From positions 124,001-188,000 of the forward strand of contig JAAOMT010000515.1 of assembly GCA_016748015.1 (NCBI GenBank): 64,000 bases of DNA, in the 5' to 3' direction. The translations under genes were made by a program, and so were the position numbers. Below the pieces are notes generated by a model, which was given only the letters and a program-made list of their open reading frames with translations, did no database searches and was not told where the DNA came from. The stretch's first letter is position 1. The number at the start of each line of letters is the position of its first letter. Source of the DNA: Geosiphon pyriformis uo1. Lineage: Eukaryota; Fungi; Glomeromycota. This document shows positions 24,239-38,996 of the stretch, piece after piece.

Positions 24239-26929
24239 AGTGATGAATGAAAATCAATGATCAAAGATATAATTCTTTTTGAATTTAGCGCCTCTATTAG
24301 CTAAACTTGTTCGTATTTTTTGTTTTTGGGGGGAGGGGGAGGTAAAGGCTTAGAATCTATTTCTGAAGCTTTTTAAATGAATTCATAGAATACGATTTTA
24401 AATACCAAAATGAAATGACGAGGGTAAAACGCCTAGGGAACCTTTTATTTAGATTTGATGATGATTGTTGAATTGTTAAACAAAATGCTGCTCAACTAAC
24501 CTGCGTTAAAGTATTAATAACGAGACCAACACGAATGCATGTACTGGCTCCACAAAGTATCATCAATGCCTCGCATCATTCGTACCTATCCTATTTGATA
24601 TGCTGCTCATTTTGGGAAAAATGAAATTCTTTCCGAATTAAGTGTTAATCTAACTTTTTTTATCAGTAAAACCCCCGTTTCATGCTTGTTTTTCTTTTTG
24701 CAAAGGATATAGAAAATGTGAGACCAACTCTCCGGTTTAAATATAATAATGAGTTGGATTTTTAAAGTAAATACATGTAGATGTACAAGTATAAATAATT
24801 TAGATTCAATCTTGTCCAATCTAATATCAAAACTACTAATTTTAACAAATATTATTGTATTTGTTTATGTTAAAAGGATTGAGAAGTTAAATATTAATAA
24901 TGCTAAAGAGAAATTTCTCTCTAAAACTTTTAAAGCTGGCATACTTTAATTCTCTTCTGACAAAAAGTAAATATGTTTCAAGGAAATCTTGGTTATAAGA
25001 CCTAAGAAGAAAGTTAATCTTTAAGAAAAGGCTCTTAATTTCTATAAACAATATTTCAAAAACCATTTTCCCTATGATACACAATAAACGAGCAGTGTTA
25101 AACATTGTCTCACATAACCTTTTGTTTGGTGTCCTCCAAAAATTGTTCCTGACACGAGCACAAGATTTTTTGGTAACTTGTGAAAATCATAATTTTTTAA
25201 GGGGTTAAAAATTTTGAATTTCACAATATCTGGGAATTTCAAACTAGATGATCAAGTATTGTCAAAATATTTACGAATCAAAGCACTTAATCGGGAAAGA
25301 TTTTGGCGCCAAATTTTTGCATCTCAAGAAAAATATATAATGTGCTATATTTAATTCTTTGTGACAAAAAGTCTTTAGTAAAAATATTCTTTTGGTTAGT
25401 GTTTCAAAAAATACTGAGAGATAAAGGGTAATTGAAAGACAAGAAACTTATTTTTAATTGAGCAATCTAATCTATTCTAATAGGTCTTATCGAGAAAAAA
25501 TTATAATTATTTTCATGATGATTTTGAGTTAGACCTAACTGTTTTATAAAAATATTTATAGTTAACTTTCTTCAAAAATTAAATATTTGAATCTTATTTA
25601 TTCTGTCAAAATTGACGTCAATATATAGATCGGTTCTATCAGTAAAAGATTTTGATTGGAGTGATTATCACTGAAAATCATTGAGAAAACTTGTTTTCCC
25701 AATTTAGGAGGCCATTTTTTAAGTTTAAATATAAAATCAAGCTAGCTTAATTGGTATTTTTAAATTTACATTTATATAAATTTAGAGGCATCAATTCAGT
25801 CAATTCGAGGTGAACATCAATCTTAACTTTTAGTTAAATAACAACCAAAATAATTTCTTGATTAAAAATATGACCCTTTAGCATATTTGTGGGTTAGATT
25901 ATTACGAGGTTCTTTTATGATGATTCTGGATGTTAAACTTTCTAACACTCATGACAAAAAAATAATTTTTTAGCTTCAAGTTTCGTCACAAGATTTTTTG
26001 TATCATATTATCATCGGGGGAATATCAACATTATCTACAGTGTGTTTTAACTTACTCAAAATTCAATGTGCTTTCCTGCACATAAATTTATAGTTTTGAT
26101 TCAAGTTCCGACTTGCCTCCGCAATTTGTATTTGATTTTAAAAGGCAATTTTTTGGTATATCAGATTGATTAGAAGTTTACAATTTAATACCTTAACAAA
26201 TATGTCTTTCTGAAAAGAATATTTTCATTGTATATTACAAAGATTCCTGAAATGTCATAAATTAAATTTGGTTTTATCCTAGAATTTAGCCCAGTAGAAA
26301 ATCGCTGAATAAAATCAAGTTTGAAACTAACAGCCAATAATATAAAGTTAACCAAATTGGCTAAAAGAGACTTTGTAAACCTAAACTAGATGATGATGTT
26401 ATGTCTCGGAAAGATTTTGCGTCTAAATACTATCGAATGAAAATTATGACTTCATAAAAAAATTGCGACCGCAATGTAAATTCATATAATCAGTTGTCAG
26501 AAGGGTAAAGAAGTTCCGCTCGCTCGTGGTTATACCGAAGAATGAAATCCTTTTAAAGTGTCATGAGCATGAAAATAAGAAAGCCATTAAGCCTAATCAA
26601 TCAAAATTTTACCGAAAAAAATACGTCATATATTAGTAAATACCGAAAAATATCTTTTCGATTGATATCAATCATTATTAAAATCTAAATAACTAAAAAT
26701 TCAAACAACTTTTTGGCCTTCCAGTGAACTTTCTCTGAATGCTACCTTAATAAATCCAATTTTAATCTAAATGTATAATAGTTATTCAGTCTCATGATGG
26801 AACTTTGAGATACTATTGTGCAGAACCCATATTTATTTCTGTATCTAAACATTTTTTCAAATGAACATCTTTTGATCATTACTTGTAATATGAAAAATTT
26901 AGCAAAGAATATTTGATTTATTTGTTTCA

Positions 26930-27155
26930 AATGAAACTGAATAAATTAGTTATAAAAAGCAATATAATATTAATTATGATAATTTTGGTATTGTGTATAA
27001 AACTAATAGCAAAACATAAATAACAAAAAATATCTTGGTAAGAAAAATAAATTTTTTTATTATTGTACAATTTATTGTTTAAAAATAAAATAAAATAACC
27101 TTAAAAATTATTTTTAACTGTTTTCAACACACTGGAAATTTTCTAATTATAAAAA

Positions 27156-27206
<51 letters not shown>

Positions 27207-30200
27207 TAACTTAGAAAAAACTGTGTACAAATATTAAAAAATGCATCAATTATTTACTTACTAATCAAAAAAATTATTTACAATAAAACACTAAATAGTC
27301 TAAAGTTGTTTATACAAAATTATTGTTTATTATTTATTATTTATTTTATTTTTATTAATGCTTAACATAAAACAACTCATAAATTATTCTATATCCTAAA
27401 AGTATAATTCAAGTATAAATTATTTTATATAACTTAATTATCATCTATTTAACATAGATTATATTATAAACAATAGATAATTAACCACTTGAACCAATTA
27501 AATCTATTTTGAATCAAGCAATAAAAACAAATCATATGTATCCTATTTTTTTAATAAAATTATTCAAATAATTTTATTTGTAATAAATCTGCTTATTTAA
27601 ATTCTAATGGCTTTTTTTTTATTAGTTTTAATCTCAGTTTTCTGATGGCTTCAAAAAACCATCAAATTAAAAAAAAACTTTTTACTTATTTGTAACATTA
27701 AAACTTTTTTAAATATATTATTATTATATTTTCAAGCCTAAAATATTTTTTGTACATATTAAAAATTATTTTACTAAGATTTTTAATTCGCATTTTAAAA
27801 AAATCGAAGATCTGAATTTGCAATAAACTTTTCTTTAAGTACTAAAAAAAACTAATTGATGCTATTAAAAAGTCAATTAACTTAACTATTAACTTTATAA
27901 AATCAAATAATTTTTGGGGTCTTAATTTTAAAAATACTAATTTAAGATCAATTAAAATTTCAGAAATAAAAAACAACTTAATAGAAAAAAAATAGTAATC
28001 TTGGCATAAAACATTAAATCAACAAAATACAAATACTTTAGATAAAAGTCTAAGCAAATTAAAAAACAGCTTTACAATTAACAATTAAATAATCCAAATT
28101 TTAACGCTTATAATAACATTAATATTTAAAAGTTTTTTTATTAGATACAACTTTTTTACAAATACTATTTTTGGTAATTACTTTATTAAAAGCTTTTTTA
28201 ATTTAGAGATAATAATAATAATAAACTATTAATAATAATTAATATTAAAAAAATAAAAAATAAAACAAATTTAATTACCAATCTTTGAAATTAAATTACT
28301 GATTTTAAAAACTATATAACTAAAGAAAATTAACTAATTTGGTCTTAAAAGCTCATAAAAAATAATTATCTTTTTTTAATTAAGTAAAAACAGAATTTTA
28401 AATAATTTTTTTATTATCAAAACTAATTAGCAAGTAAAAACAATTTTAATAGTTTTTAAAAACTTAAAATAAACAATAGTATATATTATAAACTAACAAA
28501 CTTTAGCTTAACATTAAAAATTTTATTAAAAATATTAAACACATTTTTGATTTTGTTAAAAAAAGCATTTAAAAAGATATTTTTCAAAGTTATAATAACA
28601 AAAACAAAAACTCAATAGATTTTATAATTTTAAAAATAAATAAAAAAATTTAACAAGTTTAATTTTAGTAATAGTATTTAAAAAAACTTAAAATGTAAAC
28701 TTTACACAAAAAATTTATTTAAATTAATAAATCTATATAAAAATTAAAATATATTTTTAATTTAATTTTAGCAATTTTATTAAACATTAAAATAAAGACT
28801 ATTTATTTAAATAATATTAAAATTAACAATATTATTAAAAAACAAAAATAAGTGTTTTAATTTTTATTTTATTTGTCTAATCTTTAAAAATTAAATAACT
28901 TTATAAGTTAATTGGTCAAAATTATATATGAAAACATAATTTGATTTGTTTTTAAAATTAGCAAAAATTAAATAATTCATTTATGTTTTAATTAAAACTA
29001 GTTTTAACAAACATATTATTATTATTACTATTGTTTAGAATTAAAATAAGTTGTTGTTTATAATCAAATTAAGATTAAATATTATAATTAGTCCAATTAT
29101 AATAAGATTAATAAAAACATTAAAAAATATTAAAAAAAGGCAATATGTTATTTTTTACAAAAATACACATTTTCAATTAAAATTGTAATTTTAAAATATC
29201 TTAAAAGAGTTAAATATATTAAACTTAAATATTTTTTTTAGTTTTTTTAACTATTTAAGCAGAAATAAAAAGAATAAATTTGGAAAAAGATAGTTTAATT
29301 ACTGGTTTTTTGTTAAAGATTTTTAAACTTTTCATAAAAATAATAATTATATTAAAATTAATTAGTTGTTTAAAAAATATCTTAAATAAAAAACTTTTAT
29401 TTAAAGTTAAAAAAAATATTCTTTTAGCAATTAAAAATTGTTTTGTGTTTTAAATTTACAAATAATAAGCAGTTTATATAATTTTTATTTTTATTGTTTT
29501 AACAAAAATATAATTTATTTTAATTATAAAAAAGTTACAATAAATATAAATTATGTACTTTTAATATGTATTCAAACTTATGTTAAGACATTATTATATT
29601 AAGTCAATTATATTTTTATTTTATTGCTAAATCTATAATTACATATAATCAGATATAACACATTAACAGATAGCAAAGAAAAACAATATTATATGACAAT
29701 AAAATAATTAAAAGGTAATTTAACTTTTAATAAACAAATTGAATTAGTAAAAATTCAATGTGTAAGATCAATCTCATAAATATTTCAGTCAATATTCTTT
29801 TCAAAAAATAACAAGAAAATTTGAAGATAGAGGAATAGTCCATACTATTAACAAAAGATAAAACACTAGTATAATTTTATGCCTCACATCAGCACTTTTA
29901 AAATTCAAAATCAGATATTAATTGTACTTTTTAGTAAATTTTTATTTAATATACTTCATAAAAACTAAAATTATACAAATCAAGAAAAGAAAAAAGAAAA
30001 AAAAATAAAGAGTTGATATTATTGTATTGCTCTGAGTGTAAATTCGAATGTGAATAATCTTTTTATAGCTTTGAAAAGTCTTGCTTATATGCTCTTAAAA
30101 AAGAATCAATGATTAAATCAGTAATCACATCAATAATTAGGTCAGTAATCACAGCAATGATCAAGTCAATGATCACATCAACGACTACTTCTAAAAATAG

Positions 30201-31600
30201 GGTGGCTAACTAATAAAATTAATGGTTAATACATGTAACTAACTATAGCTAATTAAATAAATAAAACTAAAAAGTAAAAGTTTTACTTGTAACAATACTA
30301 TGCTAAAATATGTAAAAATATATTTAGTTCTATAAAATAGCTTAAATATACCAAATTAATAATTGTTTTCTGGAAATATCAGCTTATTTATATTAGTTTT
30401 ACTGATTGCAACTACTATTTTATAACAATAATTATTAATTTTTTTTGAAAACATTATTATTAAAAAGTTTCTTGTTTTTTAAAGTATAGATTTTATTAAT
30501 ATTATAAATAAAAATAACCAATTTTTGTTTGAATGCTATTAATAAATATTTAAAGAATTTTGTTTATAATTATATATTAAAGTTTTGTAACAACTGAATT
30601 TGGTTTGTTTATTAGCAATTAATGCTAGTTTTCAGCTTGTAAAAAGTTTTAAATTATAATTAATTTTTCTTAAAAGTTTTGCAAACTATTCAAAATATTT
30701 AATTTTAATAGTTACAATTTGTTAAAAAGTTCAATTTTCGGAATGTTTTTAAGTCAATTAATTTTAATGTGCTTTTTATTAATTCCAATAGTGTTATATC
30801 TAATTTCCAAAAAATAATTATGAAAATATTTCTTGGATCTAAAAATTTTAGAAATAAATAATTTCAAGTAAGTTGGTAACTAGTCAACTTTAAAGTTATC
30901 GATTTATAATAAAATAAAATATTTAAAAAAAAATTTTAGTTTTTGTTAATTATGATTTGAACCAAAAATTTGTTTAGCAAATTGTATTTATTCAAGTGTC
31001 AAAACTTTTAAACTATTGATATTCTAGTTAAAATAAAAATTCATTTCAGCAAATTATTTAAACTATTTAAGTTTCAACAAAAATATGATAGTAAATTAAT
31101 AATGATAATTTCATGCTAATTTTTGGTTCAACTGGTAATAATATATAAACAAAATCCTTTAAAATTATAAAAAATATTAATTACACATTTGAACAATTTT
31201 CTTTTTCTTAATACCCTTTAGGCCAATATCAAATATCTTTTTTTCCATTTTTCTTTTTCTTAAATTGTATTTCTTGGAATTAGCTTGAAAATAAAAGGCT
31301 TGTTCTTGTTATTCCTTTGAATAAAAAGATTATTTTTTATTAACAATTCTTTTATATTTAGATTTCTTTGTAAGGATTTGAGATTAAGATTTAAAGACTA
31401 ATTTCTTCAATTGAATTACTTACACATTAAATTAATTTTCTTGTTGAATTAATTTCTTGTTAATTTATATGTCCTTAAATTTTTTATTCATTGCTATTTA
31501 TTAACTTGCTTGTTACTCTAATCCATAACATTATATACATATATATTATCTTGACTTTTGCTTCGATTTACTTTTTCAGTTTTAAAATACCTTTTATCTA
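26930..31600. repeat. Hyper-AT block 3 (composite), probable hypermutated TE relics
   Basis: About 4.7 kb with no ORF >=60 aa in the track, very low GC, CpG nearly absent, (AAT)n run at ~27160-27200. Confidence 0.6.
30106..30186 (+). repeat. Degenerate 12-bp tandem repeat (consensus ~TCARTRATCACA)
   Basis: tcaatgattaaa tcagtaatcaca tcaataattagg tcagtaatcaca gcaatgatcaag tcaatgatcaca. Confidence 0.75.
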
Positions 31601-33331
31601 AAATTCTAAAAACTATTAGTATGAATTATATATTAATTAAGAATTCTTGATACAGGATTTAAAATTCATCTTGAATCCTCTGAAAACTTCTCAGTTTTTT
31701 TCTAGACAATGCCAAGGTTTTTTATAATTTCAAAATTTGATTATAATATATTTTTCCTATCATCCAACTGAAAATAGATAATTTAATTGCGGATTTTAAT
31801 TCATATAATTCATTAAATCTGAATCGAACCTTAAATGAAGTCTTATAAAACCGGCAATACATAACTTTTTAATAGTCAAGATTTTGTACCAGGGATCAAA
31901 GTATCGTCTGATGATTTTATTTAGTTACTCAATCTTTTTTTGAAGCAAAAAAACTTTTTCTAAGGAATTTTGAACCCCTGCATCAATTCATATATACATT
32001 ACGCAGAGTGAATGCTTTCTGTCATTTATTTCGAACAGTTTAGTCTCTATACGGATTATTCCGTGTTTTAAATTTAGATGGTACCTACTTTGGGAAGTTA
32101 GATGTCATTGGATACTGTTCCGGGGTTTCTTAATGGAAATATTTTATACACGCAAACATGTTCTACCCGAAAAGGAAAAAATTTCTAATTAATCATTTGT
32201 ATTTATCCGTTGATAAGAAGTCATTAAAAATTTATTTTTATATTTTATGAATCTTTGTATATAAAATTAATCTTTACTCGAACATGAACCATTTTAAAGT
32301 ATTTCGATAAAAATAATTCAAAAATTTCAAAAGTTTCGTCCTTTAATTCAAAAATATCTGAAAAAATGGTTCGTAATTTTATTCGATTAGCTTAAAATTT
32401 TCTATTTTCTTTTTTTGCAAACATAAGACAATCAATGAACCTTGACAGTCGGAAAACTTGTCTCAAAAAATAGAAATGTAAAGATTTCTCACAATTAATC
32501 TAACCAAAGGTGATGTGTGACTTTCAAAATACATATCTTATAATTTAACGAAAATCCCGACACATTTGTCTTGAAGGCTGAAAAAAAATAATCACCATAT
32601 GCTTGTTAAACTTCCTCCCTGAACTTCGATCATGGTCTTTTTGAATAATTCTCCATGATTAGAAACTGTTGTATCCCAGATATGTTAAGCTTTTGAGAGA
32701 TCCTCTCGGCTATGAAATGGATTTTTGACATGCGAAAAGAACAAAATGGTAACATGAAACATTGTGTTCCAACCTAAATTGGTAAAATTTAATGTTATTT
32801 CATAAACTTGAAACGATCCAATTTATAATCTAAACTAACTTGGATATTTGATAGTTATTCAAGAAAAAAAAATGATTCGCGTTTTCAAGTGTGCCTTATG
32901 GTGTCTCCATTGTTGCTTTTCTTTGGAGGCATAATTGACTATCAAGCCTGAAAATTCCTTTTAGTGATTTGTGACCAGGAGACTTTAGATTTTCGGAAAA
33001 AACTACTCATTAAACTTTAGGTAAAAATTTTGGTCTGTTCAAAATTTATTTTTTGATGGGAATCCGAGGAAACTCGATATCAACAAACAAATAATTTTTT
33101 CATGTAATCGAAAATTTGTATATATATTTTTTTTTTAAAAAGAAGATATCTAACACAAAAAGTTAAGGCGAAGAACTATCCGGGTATTAAATATGTTTAT
33201 TTCGTTTGCAGAAATCCAGTTTCTCGCATTTTGATTTCTGAAGCTGAATTCTAAGTTAATGAATATGACTTTGTGATATTATTTATAAATTATATTATGG
33301 TATTAAATACAGAAAAATGTCTTGGGCAAAT

Positions 33332-34455
33332 TTAAAAAGAAAGTTCACTTGTCATTGTGAAACCAGTTGCCATAATTGAAACCAATAAAAATGATAAAGT
33401 GGCCCAAGAGATAGGTTTTAAATCGTTGGCCGCACTTTTAGTGCTGGAAGACTCTGTGCCATTTGTTGAGAGAACTGTGCCTTTACCTATGCTGCCATTA
33501 CTGGTGCTATTATTGCTGGTATCAGTACTGTTATCAGTGCTGATAATATTGATATTTTCATTGCTATTAACAGGTATAGCGGCGCTGGTGGGGCTCGTAC
33601 CTGAAGTAATGTTAGCACATGCATATCTGGTGCCTATGATGGCAATCAAGAATTTGATTAAGAAACGAGTTATTTTTTGGAATATTGAGGAAAATTTGAA
33701 TGATTTTGTGCCTACCATTGAAAAGGTGAATGACTACAGAGCGACCCAAAATTGTTGTTTCAGGAACTGTCCAGCTGAGGAAGGCATCAGTGTAGCTGGA
33801 TTGAGCTTTACCAGTAATGGAACCTTGTAATTTACCATATTTTCCTGCATTTGAAGGGATAAAGAATGTTAAATTGGCCAAATTAAAAAGTTTTACCAGA
33901 GAAGATAGAAAATTGCTTACCACTTAAATCTCCTTCTTGGCAAGAGCCAGGGCTAGCACTTGGACAAATAAATGGATCTCCAATATCTAAAATAAAGTCA
34001 AATTCCGAAAGATGTCAATAAGACTGAAAATATTGATTGTAAGAAGTCAAATTACTTGAAAGTATATGCATACTTTTTGGGTCCAAATGACCACGAGCCG
34101 AAGTACAGTTGCCATCTGGGCTAAGTGGTGTAGTGTGGATATGATAAGGGTAGACAGAGGTTTGATTGTTCAGTCCACTTTCTATTTCAACCTTGATATA
34201 TGTAACCGTCTTATTAGAAGCTGCAGTGTAGCCCTGAAATGAAATCTTGCCCACTACTTTGCCGCTGAATATTGCAGTAGCAACATCCGCCGTATTGATT
34301 TTGGCATCAGTTGGTGGTGGATTATTTACTGGAGCTGAAGATGGTACGGATGGTACGGATGGTACAGATGGTGTCGTTACATTTTGTGCCGATGAGAATG
34401 TTGAATATGTGACCAATGTGCTGAAGATGGCGAGAAAAATTTTCATTGCAACCAT
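33332..34455 (-). CDS. Secreted GPI-anchored Cu-only superoxide dismutase (SOD4/5/6-type)
   Basis: Exons 34455-34074, 33986-33921, 33844-33716, 33633-33332 (292 aa). Signal peptide, YPYHIH, C..A.GHLDP, CQEGDLSGKYG, ILGRSVVIH, GTRYACANI, Ser/Thr-rich stalk and hydrophobic C-tail. No Zn-binding His pair and no electrostatic loop. Confidence 0.92.
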
Positions 34456-35128
34456 GTTTGATCTTTTCTACTTGGCAATTAGATGGTAATTTGAAGGTAG
34501 TATTTTCTATATCTTTTTAATAATCCAAAAAACCTTGGAAATTTGACAATGTTTTAAATTTAATCAAAGTTAGTTCTTCAGTTTGGCCAAGCCGATTTAT
34601 TTATACTCAAAATTTTGTAATGAAGACCTGGGAATCGCATTTTAAAATTTCGGATATAATGTTGGGTTTTTTTAGCCTTTATCCCTAACATGGTTCTTTG
34701 TTGATGATCAAAGTCTGTCCCTTGAAACACCAGAACGAAAATTCCTGAGACAAGATAAAACAAGTTACACGATTTTCGACATTCAGCGAAAATAGATTCT
34801 TGTAATATTATCGACCAATTGTAAAATAGTTTTCCATAATTGCGATAAAGTCGTGTCACCAACACCTATTAGTAACATTGAACAATACTCAGAAATCAAA
34901 ATTTCTAGTTGATATTGACAATGTAAACGTTTTTCTTGATTGGGATAACAGAAATATTGAGTTTTTAATTCCTTGTTCTAGCTCAATTTGGCAAGCTTTC
35001 AATTTCCACATTAAAAAACCTATAAGCATGGATCGCGTTGTTAAACACAATGGTAATAAGTAGCAGTATAAAAATTTGTCATATTATTTTATAGGGTTCG
35101 GTTATAACGTGGGAAAAGGATAGGTCAT

Positions 35129-35249
35129 AATGACGTATAGTGTTGATCGAGGAATCGGTGGTCATCGCTTTTATTTAAAATTCTTTATTCAAAGAAATAA
35201 ATTTTGCCACCCTTTAAAGTTAGCACATGGGAATCTTTAATGATATATA
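35129..35249 (+). promoter_or_regulatory. CRE/ATF-like AATGACGT element and TATA box upstream of microprotein A
   Basis: AATGACGT at 35129-35136; TATATA at 35244-35249; ATG at 35351. Confidence 0.45.
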
Positions 35250-35350
35250 GATGTTGCCAGTTAAAGGAAAATTGGATCAACATTAGAAATTCATAAAATT
35301 CTTTGTGGAGAAATCCTTTTCTATACAATCTAGATTTGAAAACATTTGGT

Positions 35351-35605
35351 ATGACATCGACTCACAAACCAACTCCAACATCACCAGCCAAGCCTGAACC
35401 TGGTCCAACACCCAAAACAACACCTGAGCTAACCGTTCAATCATCTGACGACAAGAAATCAAATGAAAGTGAACATTCAACTATATCTGCCGTGAAAGAA
35501 GCAATTCAAGATGCTGTTAACATTACCGCGCAAAAATTGAACCTTGCGGAACGAGAAAGAAATCCTTTAGCTGCTAATCAGGATGGAAAAACGAATCCGG
35601 AGTAA
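35351..35605 (+). CDS. Microprotein A (84 aa, hydrophilic), paralog of 40691-40903
   Basis: ATG at 35351; Pro/Thr-rich N-terminus; C-terminal ~40 aa align without gaps to the minus-strand ORF at 40691-40903. Confidence 0.8.
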   Translation: MTSTHKPTPTSPAKPEPGPTPKTTPELTVQSSDDKKSNESEHSTISAVKEAIQDAVNITAQKLNLAERERNPLAANQDGKTNPE

Positions 35606-36854
35606 TAAATATATTTTGGAAAAAGGTAACCATTGTTACAAATTTGATAAACAAATTTTTATTATGTCACCGCAATCGAAGGTTTCTTTGAATTTAGCTT
35701 ATCTAGGTTACAAGGCCAGTTCAAATTTGTCGAGTTCCTTTATTAACATATTGGTATTTCCTTGTCCAAGGTTACCGAATTAATGTTCGTTATAAGGAAA
35801 TCTTTTATGTAGTTTAATTATCTTTTTTAGTAATTTGAAACCCATATTTGGTATTAATGATTATAAACGTAAACTTTAATCTATTAAAGAGTACGAAGAT
35901 TTTCATTGTATTCTTTCCGAAGAGTTTACTAACGAAAGCTTTTTCATCAACAGTGATTCAGATTTTCAGCTTACCATAATCTAAGCCATCTCTAGTCAGT
36001 TTTTTTTTTCATATTGTCCCAAGTAATTATTATAAAGCTGCTCATCAAACAATTAATGCAAAATTTTTTTTGCTCTTCGAAGTATATATACATATAAACG
36101 TTTTTCATTGCTTTAAAAGTTTTTAGAAAAGTTATACATTAAATAACAAAAATTTCAGGGTTTTCATATCTTTTCTGGGGTCAAAAGAATAAACCTTTTG
36201 ACAGTATTAGGTAAATAATCAAAGGTTTTATTTGATAAAAAAATTCCATTTGATTCAAATATCGAGTTAGTTAAAAAGTCATATAGGAAAAATAAGAAAT
36301 AATTTTTTTTAAAAAACATGGATACTTTAATTGGCAAAGAGATTCTTGTTGAGGTAAACAATATCAAAAATAAAGTTTTAAGGAAATGATTTTTATTTAA
36401 AATAAAAAACATTGCCTCCTGAGATTTTAGGATCACAAGCAAAAGATCCTTGCTGTGAGAAGTTTTTTGTAAATAATATTTGAAACTAATATTGAACACC
36501 TCAAAATAAGTACAAAACAGATAGGAAGTATTCTTCTATCTGACGCTATTAAAAAGAGAGTTCAATGTTTTAACTCAGAATGTTAGAGATAAAAACTCAT
36601 ATTGTGCAAGATCTTTTGTATCATTGGTTATTTATTCTATCACGTATTTTATTCTTGGGGGGAAAATCCAAAATTCGAATCTTTTTCGTTAATTCAACTT
36701 TTTTTTTAGTTGGATCTAAACTTTTTCGGAAACTCGAGGTTTTTTAATATCGGGAAATTTTAGAATCTTTCAAACTATGCTTAGATAAGGTATTCTCTCA
36801 TATAGAGGTCGTAATTGATTAAAGCCTTTTGAGTTCCCTATCTTCAATTTTGTA

Positions 36855-36860
<6 letters not shown>

Positions 36861-36890
<30 letters not shown>

Positions 36891-36910
36891 TGTGTGTATG
36901 TATTTATGTA
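36861..36910 (+). repeat. (TATG)n microsatellite
   Basis: Direct run. Confidence 0.85.
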
Positions 36911-37199
36911 TGCATGAATGCATGTGTTTAATTTTGATAAATCCAAATTTTTTCCTAATTAACGTACACTTTTAACTTAAATTTATCCAAGATTTTTATT
37001 TTTAAGATAATTATTTGAGATTTTCAATGATAGAAGCCAATGTTTTTTTTAAAAAATAGAATAATAAATGTCAACAATAAGAATTAACTTTTAAACAAAT
37101 TGAAGTATTATCCCGAGAAAAACTTTGGATTGTGATGTAACATAATTACCTAGAAAAATTACTTTGAAATTAATAAAAATATTAAAGATTTCTTAGTAA

Positions 37200-37700
37200 C
37201 AAAAGGAAAAGTATTCCGACCTATGAATGATACACCTAAACCTCAGATCTTGAATCTATCTCGTTTGTACGTTGGTACTAAAGCTTATTTTTTGTTTATT
37301 CTTGGTTATCAATAATTTCCTTATTATTTCATACCCTATATTATCAATTCCTCGACTATTTCCATTTCCTGCTCTTTTATTAACAAATCCATAACCCCAA
37401 GAATTAATATATAATTTTAAGGATGAAGATTGATACAAATAACCTCTTTGAATAATTGACCCAAGATTAATGACTCCAAAGTATCAGTTTTTATTTAAGG
37501 CCAGTAGTCAAGATATTTCTTGGAACCTCATTAGATAATGTGCTCAATAACTTATGACAAGAGGGATGGAATAATGCTTATCGTCATGTTCTTTGAAAGA
37601 ATGTGTTAATATATCTGTCTTTTTTGCTTCATTGAACATTCTTGCAGCGTTGTAGTGCGAGAACTTGAATAATACAGCCTTTAGAAAGGAAGAATTGAAA
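37200..37700 (-). pseudogene. Possible decayed coding remnant (LRR/F-box-like?)
   Basis: Minus-strand fragments AVLFKFSHYNAARMFNEAKK..., DTLESLILGQLFKEVIC..., ILILGVMDLLIKEQEMEIVEELII in alternating frames with stops. Confidence 0.25.
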
Positions 37701-38996
37701 ATATAAAGATCGAGTTTCACTTAATTTTGTATGATGAAAACCCTTTTTCAGGACCGAGTCTACTTTCCAATAGGAATCTTGTCCAATTATATCAATGAAA
37801 ATGAAGATTTAAGAGATTCAAACATTTTGACTACTCTCGCAAAAAATAGTAAAGCATATGATCAACCATACGGAATTAAAATATTTGGTTTCATACTTTT
37901 TCACAGACTCTATTTTGAAATCAAATCACTTAAAATGACAAAGTTTCTGGCTGATCAATGAATTAGACAAGAATTTGTTTTTTTACCTGTAATAGGTTTA
38001 TTTCGAACAAAAATTTAATATATTATGCTTTATGAAGGTGAGTTCTGTAACACAAAAATTTCAAGACAATATTTTATTTGAAACTAGGGTTAGTATTTCA
38101 AAGTTTTTTTTTTTTTGTAAAACCATCATGTAAAATAATAATAATAATTTCAGTGATAAATTTGAAACTTTATCAATGGGTACCTATTAATTTTTGATAT
38201 AAATTGTCCTTTGTATTAATCTAAGCAGTTTATTTTCAGTATTAGAAATTTTTAAAATCTTTTATATAATTTTCCAAATTTATCCCAATATCAACTGATT
38301 TCCCAAAATATTTAGAAATCTTGTTTTACAAATTTAATCGTTTCCCTTCGGCTCACGTAAATCTTCCTTTAACATTTGGGTAAAAATAAATTTAATATAT
38401 CAGTTTTTCAATAGCATATATGATTAACAATACGTTAAAACTAAAATAGGTTTTTAACTAAAAAGTTCACAACCATAATATATTTTATCAAGTTAAAAAT
38501 TCTTTTATCAGACTATTTATTAAGGTTGATTTCAGCTTGGCAAATTATTCTTTTCCAAATTGTTTTCTATCAATGCCTAAAATTGGGAAAATTTATTCTA
38601 ATCCTATTTAAAATTAATAGTTCATAACTCAAAGTTTTTTCTACTCGGGTCCTAAACTTTTAACCTTTTTTAATAAAAATCTTTAATATACAATTTTATA
38701 AGAGAGTTTTCAGAAACATTTACAAATTTGATCATCATCTAGAAACGTTGGAATATTTTTTTTTGTGAAAATAAGATGGTGATTTTTTCTAGTTCAAATA
38801 CTTAATTATGTGTATTTGAATCCTTTTCACCCATTAAAATTTAAGCGTGAACTAAAAAAAAATACGGATTACCTAATCTTAAAGCAGACATAATCATCAT
38901 GGCTTTAAACTAAAAGATCCACCTTTTTCTTGTGTTACAAGCATTTGCATTTAGTTTATAAAAAAACTATCATTCTTGCTAGCTTCACATTTAACA

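Noticed and set aside
30198-31520. TIR pair TAGGGTGGC / GTTACTCTA
   Set aside because: Only 9 bp with three mismatches, no extension of similarity and no target-site duplication.
33357-33830. 157-aa hydrophobic plus-strand ORF
   Set aside because: Antisense shadow of the Ser/Thr-rich SOD exon; it also crosses an SOD intron.
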